Assembly: GCA_949287425.1 (NCBI GenBank)
Contig: CASEGJ010000004.1
Location: forward strand, 325,727 to 389,726
Source: an uncultured Bacillales bacterium
GTDB taxonomy: Bacteria > Bacillota_I > Bacilli_A > RFN20 > CAG-288
Direction: 5' to 3'
Length of the DNA stretch: 64,000 bases
Shown: piece after piece, positions 40,991 through 51,713 of the stretch
Layout of the letters: each line of letters starts with the position of its first letter
How positions within the stretch are numbered: position 1 is the stretch's first letter
Notes under the pieces: model-generated
Told to the model about the DNA's origin: nothing
Databases searched by the model: none
Seen by the model: the letters and a program-made list of their open reading frames with translations, nothing else
Program-made: the position numbers and the translations under genes

Positions 40991-41341
40991 CTATTTTGAA
41001 TCTTTTTCATCTAATTTAGTTAATTCTTTTTGATTAATAGGAGTTAAACCAACCACTTCTTCAATAGGTAAGGAAAAAGCGATTCCTTGACCAGGAGTTT
41101 TTAAACCGACTTGTTGATAAAGTTGATGGAGCAAATTAGATTTAATAGAAGAATCTATAACCATCATTACGACTTCTTTTTGAGGCTGAATGGCAATACC
41201 GAAAGCTTTTTCAGCTTCTTCTTTAGCAGTTCCTAAAGCATTAAAAACAGTTCCGCCTCTAACTCCTACTTCTTTAGCGACGTCCATAACTTGTTCAGAA
41301 TATCCGCTATTAACAATAACTAATACTAATTCGTAATTCAT
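40991..41341 (-). CDS. P-II-like (nitrogen regulatory protein P-II fold) small protein
   Basis: ~116 aa, beta-alpha-beta pattern 'LVLVIVNSGYSEQVMDVAKEVGVRGGTVFNALG'; partners DUF1538. Confidence 0.55.
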   Translation of the reverse strand: MNYELVLVIVNSGYSEQVMDVAKEVGVRGGTVFNALGTAKEEAEKAFGIAIQPQKEVVMMVIDSSIKSNLLHQLYQQVGLKTPGQGIAFSLPIEEVVGLTPINQKELTKLDEKDSK

Positions 41342-41763
41342 AAGATGCTATTTCCTTTCTGGTTAGTTAAAAATGAATAGATAAAGACTCCGATAATTGA
41401 AGAGATAGGGATTTGGAAAGCGATACCTTTTCCTCCTTTAATAGTTTTAAACTTTTCATCGAGTGTCGAGAGAACTTTTTTACTATCTTTGTCATTAATT
41501 AATCCAAGAATGATAGCTTTGTTAGTATCTTCTAGACCCAACATAGAAATCATTTCTTTGCTAGCGGTTCCTTTAGCGTAAATTTCTAATGAAAGATTGA
41601 TATCAAATTGATGTAAGATATCGATATAAAGCTCTAGTTTATTACGTGGAACAATAACAAAAATCGCTTTTAATTTAATTGGAGCTTTAATATTGCTAGA
41701 TTCATTAGAAGGGGATTTTTTACCCTTAGTTGATAATCTTTTTGTCTTACTAGTTCTTGCCAT
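41338..41763 (-). CDS. P-II-like small protein with K-rich N-terminal extension
   Basis: 'KAIFVIVPRNKLELYIDILHQFDINLSLEIYAKGTASK...GGKGIAFQIPISSIIGV'. Confidence 0.5.
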   Translation of the reverse strand: MARTSKTKRLSTKGKKSPSNESSNIKAPIKLKAIFVIVPRNKLELYIDILHQFDINLSLEIYAKGTASKEMISMLGLEDTNKAIILGLINDKDSKKVLSTLDEKFKTIKGGKGIAFQIPISSIIGVFIYSFLTNQKGNSIL

Positions 41764-41774
41764 AATCTTACCTT

Positions 41775-43307
41775 TTAAAATTCAATAATTTGTTCATCAT
41801 CAGAAGCTAATAATTTTCTCATGACTAATTTTTCTTTTACTTTAGTAGAAATAACAGCTCTAAAACCTAATAATTGGATAGTAATTAAAGGTGTTAAAGC
41901 GACCATAGCGACAATGCCAAATCCATTAGCTAGCATCTTGTTAGAATCGCCATTAAATAATACCTGAGCGATACCAACAGCTAGAGGAAGAATAAATGAA
42001 GAAGTCAATGGTCCAGAAGCTACTCCACCTGAATCAAAAGCGATAGAAGTATAAATTTTTGGAATAAAGAAAGATAGACCTAAAGATAAGAAGTATAATG
42101 GGACAAGCAAATACAATAAAGAGAAATCATAAATTATTCTAATTACTGAAAGCATCAAAGCGATACCAACACCGATACATAGAGCAATAAGCATTTGTTT
42201 TTTGCTAACTTTATTGTATGTAACTTCTGAAACTTGTTGAACTAGAACATGGATAGCTGGTTCAGCCAAAACGACGACAAAGCCAATTATAAAAGCGAAT
42301 ATTATAGAAACATATTGAGGTTGATTAGCTAGTTCTTGGCCTATTTTAAATCCGACAGGCATAAAGCCAATTGAAACAGCAACTAAGAAGATAACTAAGC
42401 CTAAAAAAGTATAAACTAAGCCAATGGCAATAGAAATAAGTTTATTTTTAGAAAGCTTTAATACAAAGATTTGCATGATGATAAAAAATGCGACAATTAG
42501 ACCTAAAGCTAGAGCAACTTCACCAGAGACTTTCCCGATTTCTTCACCTAAGCTTTCAAGAATATTATCAGAAATTATATATCCAGAAGGTGTTTCATAT
42601 TGAATATCACCTTTAGAAGTAATAGAAAGAATCAAAGTAGATAGAATAGGGCCTATTGAGCAAAGAGCAATAGTACCAAAAGAGTTTTCCGAAGCTTGTT
42701 TACCACCGATTCTTGAAGCGATACCAATACCTAAAGCCATAATAAAAGGAACGGTAATTGGACCAGTAGTAACTCCACCTGAATCAAAAGCGATAGGTAA
42801 TAAATTTTCATGTCCAGATTCAATTACAAGAATAGCTACTCCAAATAACAAACCATAACAAAACATCAATAGACTGTTTAATTCTTTTTTAAATATAATT
42901 TTCCAAACAGATAATACTAAGAAGATACCAACACCGATAGAAATGACAATTTGCAAGGTATTTCCATTAATTGCACCTTCAACTTGGTTAGCTAGAACTT
43001 TTAAATCGGGTTCAGCATATGTAATTAAAAAGCCTAAAACTAATAAGGTAGGAAAAATTAAAAGTAATTTTTTAGAGCCTATTAAAGAAGAACCGATATC
43101 TTTACCGATTTCAGACATAGCGACATCTGCTCCTAAATTGAAAAGAGAAATTCCTAAAATTAAGAAGAAAGAACAGACGACAAAAGCGATAATTTCAGAA
43201 TTAGTTAAATCGATAAGTGGTGTTAAATACATAATAACCACAATTAAAGTAATTGGTAAAACAGATAATGATGATTCTTTAATTTTAACTAACAGTTGTT
43301 TAAGCAT
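41775..43307 (-). CDS. DUF1538-family membrane protein, internally duplicated (two DUF1538 halves fused)
   Basis: Repeated 'FDSGGVTTGPITVPFIMALGIGIA' and 'FDSGGVASGPLTSSFILPLAVGIA' motifs; ~12 TM. Confidence 0.6.
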   Translation of the reverse strand: MLKQLLVKIKESSLSVLPITLIVVIMYLTPLIDLTNSEIIAFVVCSFFLILGISLFNLGADVAMSEIGKDIGSSLIGSKKLLLIFPTLLVLGFLITYAEPDLKVLANQVEGAINGNTLQIVISIGVGIFLVLSVWKIIFKKELNSLLMFCYGLLFGVAILVIESGHENLLPIAFDSGGVTTGPITVPFIMALGIGIASRIGGKQASENSFGTIALCSIGPILSTLILSITSKGDIQYETPSGYIISDNILESLGEEIGKVSGEVALALGLIVAFFIIMQIFVLKLSKNKLISIAIGLVYTFLGLVIFLVAVSIGFMPVGFKIGQELANQPQYVSIIFAFIIGFVVVLAEPAIHVLVQQVSEVTYNKVSKKQMLIALCIGVGIALMLSVIRIIYDFSLLYLLVPLYFLSLGLSFFIPKIYTSIAFDSGGVASGPLTSSFILPLAVGIAQVLFNGDSNKMLANGFGIVAMVALTPLITIQLLGFRAVISTKVKEKLVMRKLLASDDEQIIEF

Positions 43308-43346
43308 GGCAATAATTTGTCTTTCTATATTAATAGTATAAAATAA

Positions 43347-43940
43347 TTAGGCCTGAAACATCAATAATTTCAGTGAATTATTTATAAAGAAAGCTAGTTC
43401 GCTAGAAATAGCTTCTTTTGAAGTTTTGTAATTTTTATTAGCCCATTTGATAATTATTCCAGCTGCTCCGTACAAAATGAAAGTAAAAGCATCTAAATAA
43501 ATATCTTTTTTATGGAAAGAGGATGGAATTTCTTTGGTATATTTTTCTTTAACGATATCTATTATTTTATTAGACCAAGAATTATATAAACCGGATTTAA
43601 TAAAGTTTTCAAAGATATATTTATTGTTGAGAATTAAATCTAGCAATTCAATTAGATCATCATCTTCAAAATGAATGAGATTTAACTTGTTTATTTTTTC
43701 TTGAATACTAGTAAACATATCGTTAAAAATCACTTCGTAAACTTCAGAAATATTGTTGTAATGATTATAAAAAGTCCCTCTATTTATGTTAGCTTCTTTA
43801 CATAGTTCATAAACTGTAATATCTTTAACATCTTTATTTAAAAGTATTTTTTTTAGGGTCTCTTGAATGATTGACTGAGTTTTTAAAGTGCGAATATCTA
43901 ACTTGTTTTGTACCATATTAAAATTATTATACAAAATCAT
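43347..43940 (-). CDS. TetR/AcrR-family transcriptional regulator
   Basis: N-terminal HTH 'ITVYELCKEANINRGTFYNHY'. Confidence 0.75.
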   Translation of the reverse strand: MILYNNFNMVQNKLDIRTLKTQSIIQETLKKILLNKDVKDITVYELCKEANINRGTFYNHYNNISEVYEVIFNDMFTSIQEKINKLNLIHFEDDDLIELLDLILNNKYIFENFIKSGLYNSWSNKIIDIVKEKYTKEIPSSFHKKDIYLDAFTFILYGAAGIIIKWANKNYKTSKEAISSELAFFINNSLKLLMFQA

Positions 43941-44038
43941 AGACTAGTGTTCAAGAATTCGACAAAAGTTTATAATTTTGTTCATTATTTTTAAAATGCC
44001 TTTATATATAATATTAATGTAGAAAAGTCAGGAAAATT

Positions 44039-44749
44039 ATGTCAAATTCAATAGTTTTAGATGCTAGAAATCTTGTGAAAACCTTTCAAAATGGCAACGT
44101 TTCAATAAATGCTATTAATGATGTTAGTTTTTCAATTGAAGAGGGAAAATTAGTAGTTGTTTTAGGCCCTTCTGGTGCTGGAAAATCCACTTTATTGAAC
44201 CTTATAGGTGGGATGGAAGATGTTACAAGTGGAAGTCTATTTGTCGATGGTAAAGATATTGCTAAATTTTCTAAATTAGAACTTACAAAATACCGTAGAA
44301 ACGATATTGGTTTTGTTTTCCAATTTTATAATTTAATGCCTAATTTGACCGCGTTAGAAAATGTTGAGTTAGCGACTGAGTTAAAAAGAGATTCTCTTTC
44401 TCCTGAACAGATTCTTGCTGATGTCGGTTTGTCAAATAGAATGGGTAATTTTCCATCTCAACTTTCTGGTGGGGAACAACAAAGAGTTTCAATCGCTCGT
44501 GCTATTGCTAAAAACCCTAAAATTATTTTATGCGATGAGCCAACAGGGGCTTTAGATTATAATACCGGTAAAACTATATTGAAATTGTTACAAAATTGTG
44601 CGAGAGAACAAAATAAAACTGTTATTATTGTTACTCATAATTCCGCTTTAAAAGATATGGCTGATCAGATAATTAGAATTAAAAACGGAAAAATAGAAGA
44701 AAACACAATAAATACTAATATAATTCCTGTCGAGGAGATTGAGTGGTAA
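44039..44749 (+). CDS. ABC transporter ATP-binding protein (MacB/LolD/FtsE-like)
   Basis: Walker [10 protein letters not shown], signature [14 protein letters not shown], Walker [12 protein letters not shown]. Confidence 0.85.
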   Translation: MSNSIVLDARNLVKTFQNGNVSINAINDVSFSIEEGKLVVVLGPSGAGKSTLLNLIGGMEDVTSGSLFVDGKDIAKFSKLELTKYRRNDIGFVFQFYNLMPNLTALENVELATELKRDSLSPEQILADVGLSNRMGNFPSQLSGGEQQRVSIARAIAKNPKIILCDEPTGALDYNTGKTILKLLQNCAREQNKTVIIVTHNSALKDMADQIIRIKNGKIEENTINTNIIPVEEIEW

Positions 44750-46620
44750 TGAAAAAGTTTCTCAAAACTGTTTTTAGCTTGTTTAAAACTAATCTAGGCA
44801 AGTTTATTGTCAATCTTTTAATAATTGTTTTATCAAGCACGATAATTACTGGTTTAGGGGCGCTTACTAGCATATATGAAAGAGGATATTCTGACGTCTA
44901 TTCTAGTCAAAAAATCTCAGATATAATTGTAAAAAATACAACTACAGAAGGTTTTTCTGATGAAGTGATTTCCAATCTTTTAATTAACGATAATATCGAA
45001 GCAGTTTCTAGTTGTTTTGTCAGTGATTTTGAACTTAACGATGGAGAATCTGCTACTAAGAATATCTACAGGGTTTATTATCAAGATTTTTACGATAATT
45101 CAGTAAATAGAATTCAAGTAACTGAAGGAAGATATCCGACTGAAAGAAACGAGATTTTAATTGAAAAACCAAATAGAAATACTATCGATTATAAGATTGG
45201 AGATAAAGTTGAATTAGCTTTAGGCATATTAGGTCAATTTGGCATTCAAACAGAATATACTATAGTAGGTTATGTAGATAATCCTCAATATATTTCTATA
45301 GTTCCTGAAGTTTCTTATTTAAATCAAGAAGATTCAGCTGATTTAACTGTCGATTCAATCATATACATAGATAGTAATTTAAATGGCGAAACTCTTTATC
45401 CATATCCTACTACTGATATAAATATTAAGTTAAAAAATCCAGATACTATCGATTATTTTAATTCGGAATATTCTGAATATGTTCAAACGTGCTTAGATTC
45501 TATTTCTAAACAGTTAAATGATTCTAGTTATGTCTATTTAACTTTGGAAGAAAACGTCTCTTTTAATATGTTTGAAGAATATATGAATAAAATTGATGTT
45601 ATCGCTCTTGTTTTCCCATTTTTCTTTTTAGCCGTTTGCATATTAGTAATGTTAATTACTATTTCTAGATTGATAGCTGAAGAAAGAAATAATATCGCTT
45701 GCTATATTTCTTTAGGTGTACAAACTTGGAAGGTATATTTTAAATATCTCTTATTTATTATTTTAGCTAGTATTGTAGGTGGTTTTATTGGTCTATTAAT
45801 TGGTTTATATTTATTGCCTTATGTCGTTTATCCAGCTGTTTATTCTATGTTTTATATTTCTACACCAGTTATAGGCTTTGATTTTATGTTCGGTTTAATT
45901 TTAATAATCGCTATTTTAGTAAGTGGAATAATTATTACTAGTGTTGTTTTGGCAAATTGTTTAAAAGAGAAACCAGCTAAATTATTCCAAGCTAAAGCAC
46001 CTAAACCTGGTAAGAAAAACCTTCTTGAAAGAATTAAGTTTATTTGGAAAAAATTGCCATTTAAATATAAATCTTCTATTAGGAATCTGGCTAGAAATAA
46101 AAAGAATTTAATTTTGACATTATTAGCGATAATTGGTTCATATGCTTTGCTGTTTTTAGGTTTTGGTTTACTTGATATTACTAAAGCTTTAGAAACTGAT
46201 TCTATATATGGTGAAGTGGCTTCTAGTATGCAATTAATTTCAACAGTAATAGTCTTTTTTGCATTAGGCATGTGTACTTTAATCGTATATAATTTAGCTA
46301 ATATGAATATTTCTGAAAGGCAAAGAGAATTGGCAACATTAAAAGTTTTAGGATATACAGATATAGAATGTTCTTTATATACGTTTAGAGAAATTTTCAT
46401 CACATCTATATTAGGATTAATTTTATCGATACCTGTAGGATATTTTGTCGATAAATATATCTTTATGTATCTGGATTTTGGAAGTATCGATGATGTTAAA
46501 TGGTACTCTTATTTAGGCTCTTTCTTGATTATTTTTGTCGCTACTATTTTGATTAATTTCATGCTTTATCCAAAAATTAAAAAGGTCAATATGAACGATT
46601 CTTTAAAAATTTTGGAATAA
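44743..46620 (+). CDS. ABC transporter permease, FtsX-like (MacB-type, two FtsX domains)
   Basis: 625 aa, large extracellular domain between TM1 and TM2, duplicated 4-TM FtsX topology; overlaps ATPase stop. Confidence 0.75.
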   Translation: MVMKKFLKTVFSLFKTNLGKFIVNLLIIVLSSTIITGLGALTSIYERGYSDVYSSQKISDIIVKNTTTEGFSDEVISNLLINDNIEAVSSCFVSDFELNDGESATKNIYRVYYQDFYDNSVNRIQVTEGRYPTERNEILIEKPNRNTIDYKIGDKVELALGILGQFGIQTEYTIVGYVDNPQYISIVPEVSYLNQEDSADLTVDSIIYIDSNLNGETLYPYPTTDINIKLKNPDTIDYFNSEYSEYVQTCLDSISKQLNDSSYVYLTLEENVSFNMFEEYMNKIDVIALVFPFFFLAVCILVMLITISRLIAEERNNIACYISLGVQTWKVYFKYLLFIILASIVGGFIGLLIGLYLLPYVVYPAVYSMFYISTPVIGFDFMFGLILIIAILVSGIIITSVVLANCLKEKPAKLFQAKAPKPGKKNLLERIKFIWKKLPFKYKSSIRNLARNKKNLILTLLAIIGSYALLFLGFGLLDITKALETDSIYGEVASSMQLISTVIVFFALGMCTLIVYNLANMNISERQRELATLKVLGYTDIECSLYTFREIFITSILGLILSIPVGYFVDKYIFMYLDFGSIDDVKWYSYLGSFLIIFVATILINFMLYPKIKKVNMNDSLKILE

Positions 46621-46640
46621 TTATTGTAAAATTATTACGT

Positions 46641-47612
46641 ATGAAAATAACAATAGATGAAAATAGCTGCAATCAGCGTATTGATAAAGTTATTAAAAGA
46701 ACATTAAATAACGCACCTTTATCTTTTATTTATAAAATGTTCAGAAATAAAGATGTTAAAGTTAATGGCAAAAAAAGCGATATTTCTTATATAACTAAAA
46801 TCGGAGATGAAGTTGATATTTATATTAAACCAGCTTTATTAGAAGAATTTTCTAAAAATGAAATAGTTAGACCAGTTAAATCCAACATGGATATAATTTA
46901 TGAGGATTCAAATATTTTGATTGTCAATAAACCTAAAGGATTATTAGTTCATGGTGATGAAACTGAAAAAAGAATAACTTTGCACAATATTTTCTTAAAT
47001 TATTTGATTGCTAAAAAAGAATACGACCCAAATAACACTACTAAATTCATTCCTGGTCCAGCTCACCGTTTAGATAGAAATACTTCAGGTATTGTTGTTT
47101 TTGGAAAGAATTTAGAAACTTTACAACAGCTTTTGATTTTGTTCCAAGATAAAAAAGATATTGAAAAAACTTATTTAGCTTTAGTTTCAGGGAAATTGGC
47201 TAACAAAGGTAAAATAGAATTTCCTCTAATTAAAGATCCTATTAAAGGTCAAGTTAGAATAGGCTTTATTGAAAATGGTGCTAAAAGAGCTTTAACTGAA
47301 TATCAAATAGAGCAGCGTTATGGTAATTATAGTTTAGTTCGCGCCAAATTGATAACAGGGAGAACGCATCAACTTAGAGTTCATTTTCAAGCAATTAAAG
47401 CACCGATAGTTGGTGATAGCAAATATGGCGATTTTGCTATCAATGCTAAATTTAAGCAGCAGTTTAATCTCTCTAGTCAATTTCTCCACGCTGCGAGTTT
47501 TCAATTTAAAAATATTTCTGGTAAATTATCTTATTTATCAAATAAAAAGTTTGAAGCGGAGTTACCGAAAGTAGAAAAAGATATTTTATCTTATTTAGCT
47601 AAAAATGCATAA
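46641..47612 (+). CDS. RluA-family 23S rRNA pseudouridine synthase (RluD-like, N-terminal S4 domain)
   Basis: 'HRLDRNTSGIVVFGKN' catalytic Asp motif; 'GRTHQLRVH'. Confidence 0.8.
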   Translation: MKITIDENSCNQRIDKVIKRTLNNAPLSFIYKMFRNKDVKVNGKKSDISYITKIGDEVDIYIKPALLEEFSKNEIVRPVKSNMDIIYEDSNILIVNKPKGLLVHGDETEKRITLHNIFLNYLIAKKEYDPNNTTKFIPGPAHRLDRNTSGIVVFGKNLETLQQLLILFQDKKDIEKTYLALVSGKLANKGKIEFPLIKDPIKGQVRIGFIENGAKRALTEYQIEQRYGNYSLVRAKLITGRTHQLRVHFQAIKAPIVGDSKYGDFAINAKFKQQFNLSSQFLHAASFQFKNISGKLSYLSNKKFEAELPKVEKDILSYLAKNA

Positions 47613-47646
47613 GTTGTAAATTAATGTTAAAATTAAATATATCTAT

Positions 47647-48156
47647 ATGCAAGTTTCTTATATTTTGATTTTTCTATATATCGTAGTCATCTTGCTTGGC
47701 TTAGCTTCAAACGTGAAGTTTTTGTTTAAGTTTAGTATTGCTAGTTTAATTAGCATTGTTTTAATTTCGATATATATTTACCTGGATGTTTACGTTTTAA
47801 AAATTAATTTTACCAATTTTGTCGTTTCATCTTTTAATTCGATGTTTAATCGTATTTATGTTAAGTTGGCTTTAACTAATTATGAAATGAATTTAATTTC
47901 ACAGACTATATTTATAACTATTTTATTTATAGGATTATTTATTTTGTTTTATATCGGATTAAGTTTTGTAAAATTTGGAATTACTGTGACAAATAACAAC
48001 ACTTTTTCATATAAAAGAATAATAGGAAGTTTACTATTTATTAGTGTTAGCTTTTGCTTAGTTACTTATTTTACTGCGAATATTTCACCTGTATTTACTA
48101 TTCCTAATGGGGTTTTTGACTCGTTAATTTCTTCTTGGAGGGTTTTATTTAAATGA
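47647..48156 (+). CDS. Hypothetical membrane protein (4-5 TM)
   Basis: Long ORF in AT-rich DNA; hydrophobic helices; ATGA overlap with next gene. Confidence 0.4.
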   Translation: MQVSYILIFLYIVVILLGLASNVKFLFKFSIASLISIVLISIYIYLDVYVLKINFTNFVVSSFNSMFNRIYVKLALTNYEMNLISQTIFITILFIGLFILFYIGLSFVKFGITVTNNNTFSYKRIIGSLLFISVSFCLVTYFTANISPVFTIPNGVFDSLISSWRVLFK

Positions 48157-49202
48157 ACAACATAGATAAAGCTATCCTTTTAGCAGAGAAGTTTGGAGCA
48201 TCATTTACTAATATAGATTTTTCTTATATTAAAGATATTTTGTCTTCTAAAGAATATTTGACATTGATAAATAACGTTAAATGGGCTAGTAATTTTCAAC
48301 TTGAGAAAGCTATTGCTATTCAAGATGATTTTAAATCGATAAATTACGATGTTAAATCATTGGAAGCTTCAATTGTTTTAGCTACAAGGATAAACTATCT
48401 TTCTTCTTTATCAGCTGAAAACTATTATTTAAATCCGCTAGGTAAATATAATTTTGAACTAAAAACTAATTCGATAGGAGATTTAATGTTAGTTTACGAT
48501 GGAGACTATCATTCTATTAATTATTTAATAAAAGATGAGATGCATACAGAAGGCTTTAAAATGAAAGTTATAGCTGATAAATGCGAAATGTATGCTAGAG
48601 AACTGGTCGAAAAAACTCAAGCTGATATCGCGTTAACTAAAGATAATAAAGGCATAGCTTATTTTATTAGGAAAACTTATTTTGCCTTTATTATTAGAGC
48701 TATTTTCTCACTTTTTGCTATTTTTGCTAGTTTATCAGTTTTTATTTTAGATATTGATATGTTTAATAGTTATTTAAATAGTTTTCCACTAAATGAAATA
48801 TACACTTATTCAATAACGATATCTATTGTTGCAAGCGTTATTAATTTTTTGATTTTAATAGGGATTTTTTGCTATATTTCTAACTTCTTTTACCCGTATT
48901 TTTATTTCAAACATGAAGCGGTTAGCAAATCGAATAAGATCTTTAAAAAAGTAAGTAAATCTGCTAAAAATCTCGCTTTATATATCTTACAAGCTGTTAG
49001 AGATAAAAAAGAATTATCTAATGATATAAATCTATTTTCTACTAGTTTTATTCCAAAAGAAGAATATCTTTATTATAAAGAAATGTATTCGTTAAAAGAA
49101 AAAGGATTATATCAAGCGTTAAAATACTTTTATTTGATATTTTATTTTATATTTTTAATAGGCTTCATCTTAAGTTTAATTTACTATTTTATTAACAAGT
49201 AA
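48153..49202 (+). CDS. Hypothetical protein: N-terminal soluble domain + C-terminal 4-TM region
   Basis: 349-aa ORF; translationally coupled to both neighbours. Confidence 0.45.
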   Translation: MNNIDKAILLAEKFGASFTNIDFSYIKDILSSKEYLTLINNVKWASNFQLEKAIAIQDDFKSINYDVKSLEASIVLATRINYLSSLSAENYYLNPLGKYNFELKTNSIGDLMLVYDGDYHSINYLIKDEMHTEGFKMKVIADKCEMYARELVEKTQADIALTKDNKGIAYFIRKTYFAFIIRAIFSLFAIFASLSVFILDIDMFNSYLNSFPLNEIYTYSITISIVASVINFLILIGIFCYISNFFYPYFYFKHEAVSKSNKIFKKVSKSAKNLALYILQAVRDKKELSNDINLFSTSFIPKEEYLYYKEMYSLKEKGLYQALKYFYLIFYFIFLIGFILSLIYYFINK

Positions 49203-49203
49203 T

Positions 49204-49959
49204 ATGAAAATTGAATATATTAATGTCTTCGGAAATTTAAATTATCCTAATTTATTAGAATTAGCTAAAGATAGTTATCTTTATCCTAATCGTTTTTTTA
49301 AGTTTTATAATTCTAACAAGTTTCAAGCTATTTTAAAAAATACCAGCCAGGAAAAATATGAAAAGTTTCTCGAAATAAAAAATGCCAATTATATCCAAGA
49401 AGTTTTTACTTTTAAAGTCTCGTATTTACTTAACCCATATATGTCTTTAAGATATCAGTATTTTAAATTTGATAACTATGTTCAGTTAGCAGAAACAATG
49501 TTAAATTACGCTCCTAGTATCGATGTGTATTTAAAAGATCTTTTAATCTATCATCTTTTGAGTGAATATATGGAAAATACCGGAGATTTTAAAATGTATC
49601 CTAAAATATATAAAAGCGTAAAAGATGCTGAAAAGCAGCTTGTTTCTAATCAAAATATCGCTTATTGGAACTTAGCGTTTGATATTTCGAAAAAAGAGAA
49701 CTTAATTTACGATGGCAAAGAATTTAAAACGCCTTTTGAATTCTTTCAATACGTTTTAGCTATTTATGATTTATTCAAGTTTTCCTCAAGTTTTTTAGAT
49801 GATTGTTACGTCCTTACCTGGTTAGAAAGAAAAGGGTATTCTTATATAGTTTCTAGATTTATTAGTTTATGTAGATTGACCGATCAAATAGATACCAAAA
49901 CCAGAATTCAATTAGCAGATCAACTTTTAATTGATTTAAAGAAAGCTGAAATTAAATAA
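49204..49959 (+). CDS. Hypothetical soluble protein
   Basis: 251-aa ORF starting 2 nt after the previous stop. Confidence 0.45.
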   Translation: MKIEYINVFGNLNYPNLLELAKDSYLYPNRFFKFYNSNKFQAILKNTSQEKYEKFLEIKNANYIQEVFTFKVSYLLNPYMSLRYQYFKFDNYVQLAETMLNYAPSIDVYLKDLLIYHLLSEYMENTGDFKMYPKIYKSVKDAEKQLVSNQNIAYWNLAFDISKKENLIYDGKEFKTPFEFFQYVLAIYDLFKFSSSFLDDCYVLTWLERKGYSYIVSRFISLCRLTDQIDTKTRIQLADQLLIDLKKAEIK

Positions 49960-50003
49960 GTATGGTAAAATAAAATATATAGAGTTCAATTTAGGAGGTA
50001 AAT

Positions 50004-51707
50004 ATGACTGTTGAACAAAACGTTGAAAAATGGTTAGCCTCAAGCTTAGTTCCTGAATATTTAAAAGAAGAATTAAGAAATGCTAGCGCTGAGCAAAGGA
50101 ATGATTTTTTCTACAAAGATGTTGAATTTGGTACAGGTGGTATGCGTGGATTACTTGGTCCTGGACATAATAGAATGAACATCTTTACTGTTAGAAAGGT
50201 CACTGTTGGTTTTGCTAAATATCTTTTACAAACTTATAAAGATGCTAAATCAAGAGGGGTAGTAATTTCGTGTGATAATAGACATCATTCTCGTGATTTT
50301 GTCTTAGTTTCTAGCCAAGTATTGAATGATTTCGGCATTAAAACTTACATTTTTGATTCACTTCGTCCTACTCCACTACTTTCTTTTGCTACAAGATATA
50401 AAAACGCTGTTGGTGGAATTATGATTACCGCTTCTCATAACCCTAAAGAATATAACGGATATAAAGTTTATGATGATACTGGCTGTCAATTGATTCCTGA
50501 ACAGATTCAACCATTATTAGATATTATTGCTAATTTAGGTGATGAATTGGATTTAACTTATGAAGTTAGTCCTTCTAGAGGTGAACAAATAGTACTTACC
50601 AATGAAGTTGACGATGCTTTTATGGAAAAAGTTCATTCTGTCGCTATTAATAAAGATGATAAAAAAGTTACTAAGATTGTTTTCACTCCTCAATGTGGTA
50701 CTTCTTCAGTTTTAGGTAGAAGATTATTTAAAGAACTCGGATATGAATTCTATCCAGTTTTAAGTCAATGTGATCCTGATCCTGATTTTTCAACTACAAA
50801 ATCTCCTAACCCTGAAAAGAAAGAAGCATATGAAGAAGCTATTAAATTAGCTAAACAAGTTAAGGCAGATTTGATTTTAACTACTGATCCTGATGCCGAT
50901 AGATGTGGCCTTGGCTTTTTAAATTCTAAAGGTGAATACGAACTATTTACTGGAAATCAAACAGGTGCTTTACTTATCGATTATGTTTTATCAAATAGAA
51001 AAAGACTCAATTTATTAAAGCCTAATTCTATTATTTGCGATACTATTGTCACTTCAACTTTAGGTGAAAAAATCGCTCAAAACTACGGCGTTGGATACAA
51101 ATCTTTCTTAACGGGATTTAAATATATTGGACATGCTATCTTTGAAGCTGAATCGACTAAAGCCTTTACTTTTGAATTTGGATATGAAGAATCATATGGA
51201 TATATCTTTGATACATTCTGCCGTGATAAAGATTCATTAGAATCCTTATTGATGATTGCTGAAATGACCAATCATTATTTATTACAGGGAATTAGATTAG
51301 ATCAAGCTTTAGATAATTTATATAAACAATATGGTTATCATATTAATAAGTTATTTGATATCTATTTTGAAGGTGAAAAAGGACTTCAGGAAATGGCTAA
51401 TATCATGAATAAATTAAGAAACGATGATCTAGCTGAAATTAATGGGGTTAAAGTAACTAAAATTGAAGATTATCAACTTAAATTAGTTAAAGAAAATGGC
51501 AAATTAACTAAATTGGAAGGCTTCCCAGTTTCTAACGTTTTAAAATATTACCTTGAAGATGGTTCTTGGTTAGCTATTAGACCTAGTGGAACTGAACCTA
51601 AATGTAAGTTCTATTATGAAGCGGTTGATAAAGATGAAACAATCGCTAAATCTAAACCGGATAATTTCCACAATTACATTTTAAATTTGTTAGGTTTAAA
51701 AAAGTAA
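50004..51707 (+). CDS. Phosphoglucomutase/phosphomannomutase (alpha-D-phosphohexomutase family)
   Basis: Active-site 'GIMITASHNPKEYNGYKV'; 'DPDADR' metal-binding loop; RBS AGGAGG. Confidence 0.85.
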   Translation: MTVEQNVEKWLASSLVPEYLKEELRNASAEQRNDFFYKDVEFGTGGMRGLLGPGHNRMNIFTVRKVTVGFAKYLLQTYKDAKSRGVVISCDNRHHSRDFVLVSSQVLNDFGIKTYIFDSLRPTPLLSFATRYKNAVGGIMITASHNPKEYNGYKVYDDTGCQLIPEQIQPLLDIIANLGDELDLTYEVSPSRGEQIVLTNEVDDAFMEKVHSVAINKDDKKVTKIVFTPQCGTSSVLGRRLFKELGYEFYPVLSQCDPDPDFSTTKSPNPEKKEAYEEAIKLAKQVKADLILTTDPDADRCGLGFLNSKGEYELFTGNQTGALLIDYVLSNRKRLNLLKPNSIICDTIVTSTLGEKIAQNYGVGYKSFLTGFKYIGHAIFEAESTKAFTFEFGYEESYGYIFDTFCRDKDSLESLLMIAEMTNHYLLQGIRLDQALDNLYKQYGYHINKLFDIYFEGEKGLQEMANIMNKLRNDDLAEINGVKVTKIEDYQLKLVKENGKLTKLEGFPVSNVLKYYLEDGSWLAIRPSGTEPKCKFYYEAVDKDETIAKSKPDNFHNYILNLLGLKK

Positions 51708-51713
51708 TCAATT

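Noticed and set aside
42943-43341. 132-aa plus-strand ORF
   Set aside because: Antisense to the DUF1538 membrane protein gene.
43941-44038. Imperfect palindrome ACAAAAGTTTATAATTTTGT as TetR operator
   Set aside because: Only the outer 6 bp of each arm match. In ~75% AT DNA this is weak evidence, so it is not annotated as a feature.
45852-46403. 183-aa minus-strand ORF
   Set aside because: Antisense inside the FtsX-like permease gene.
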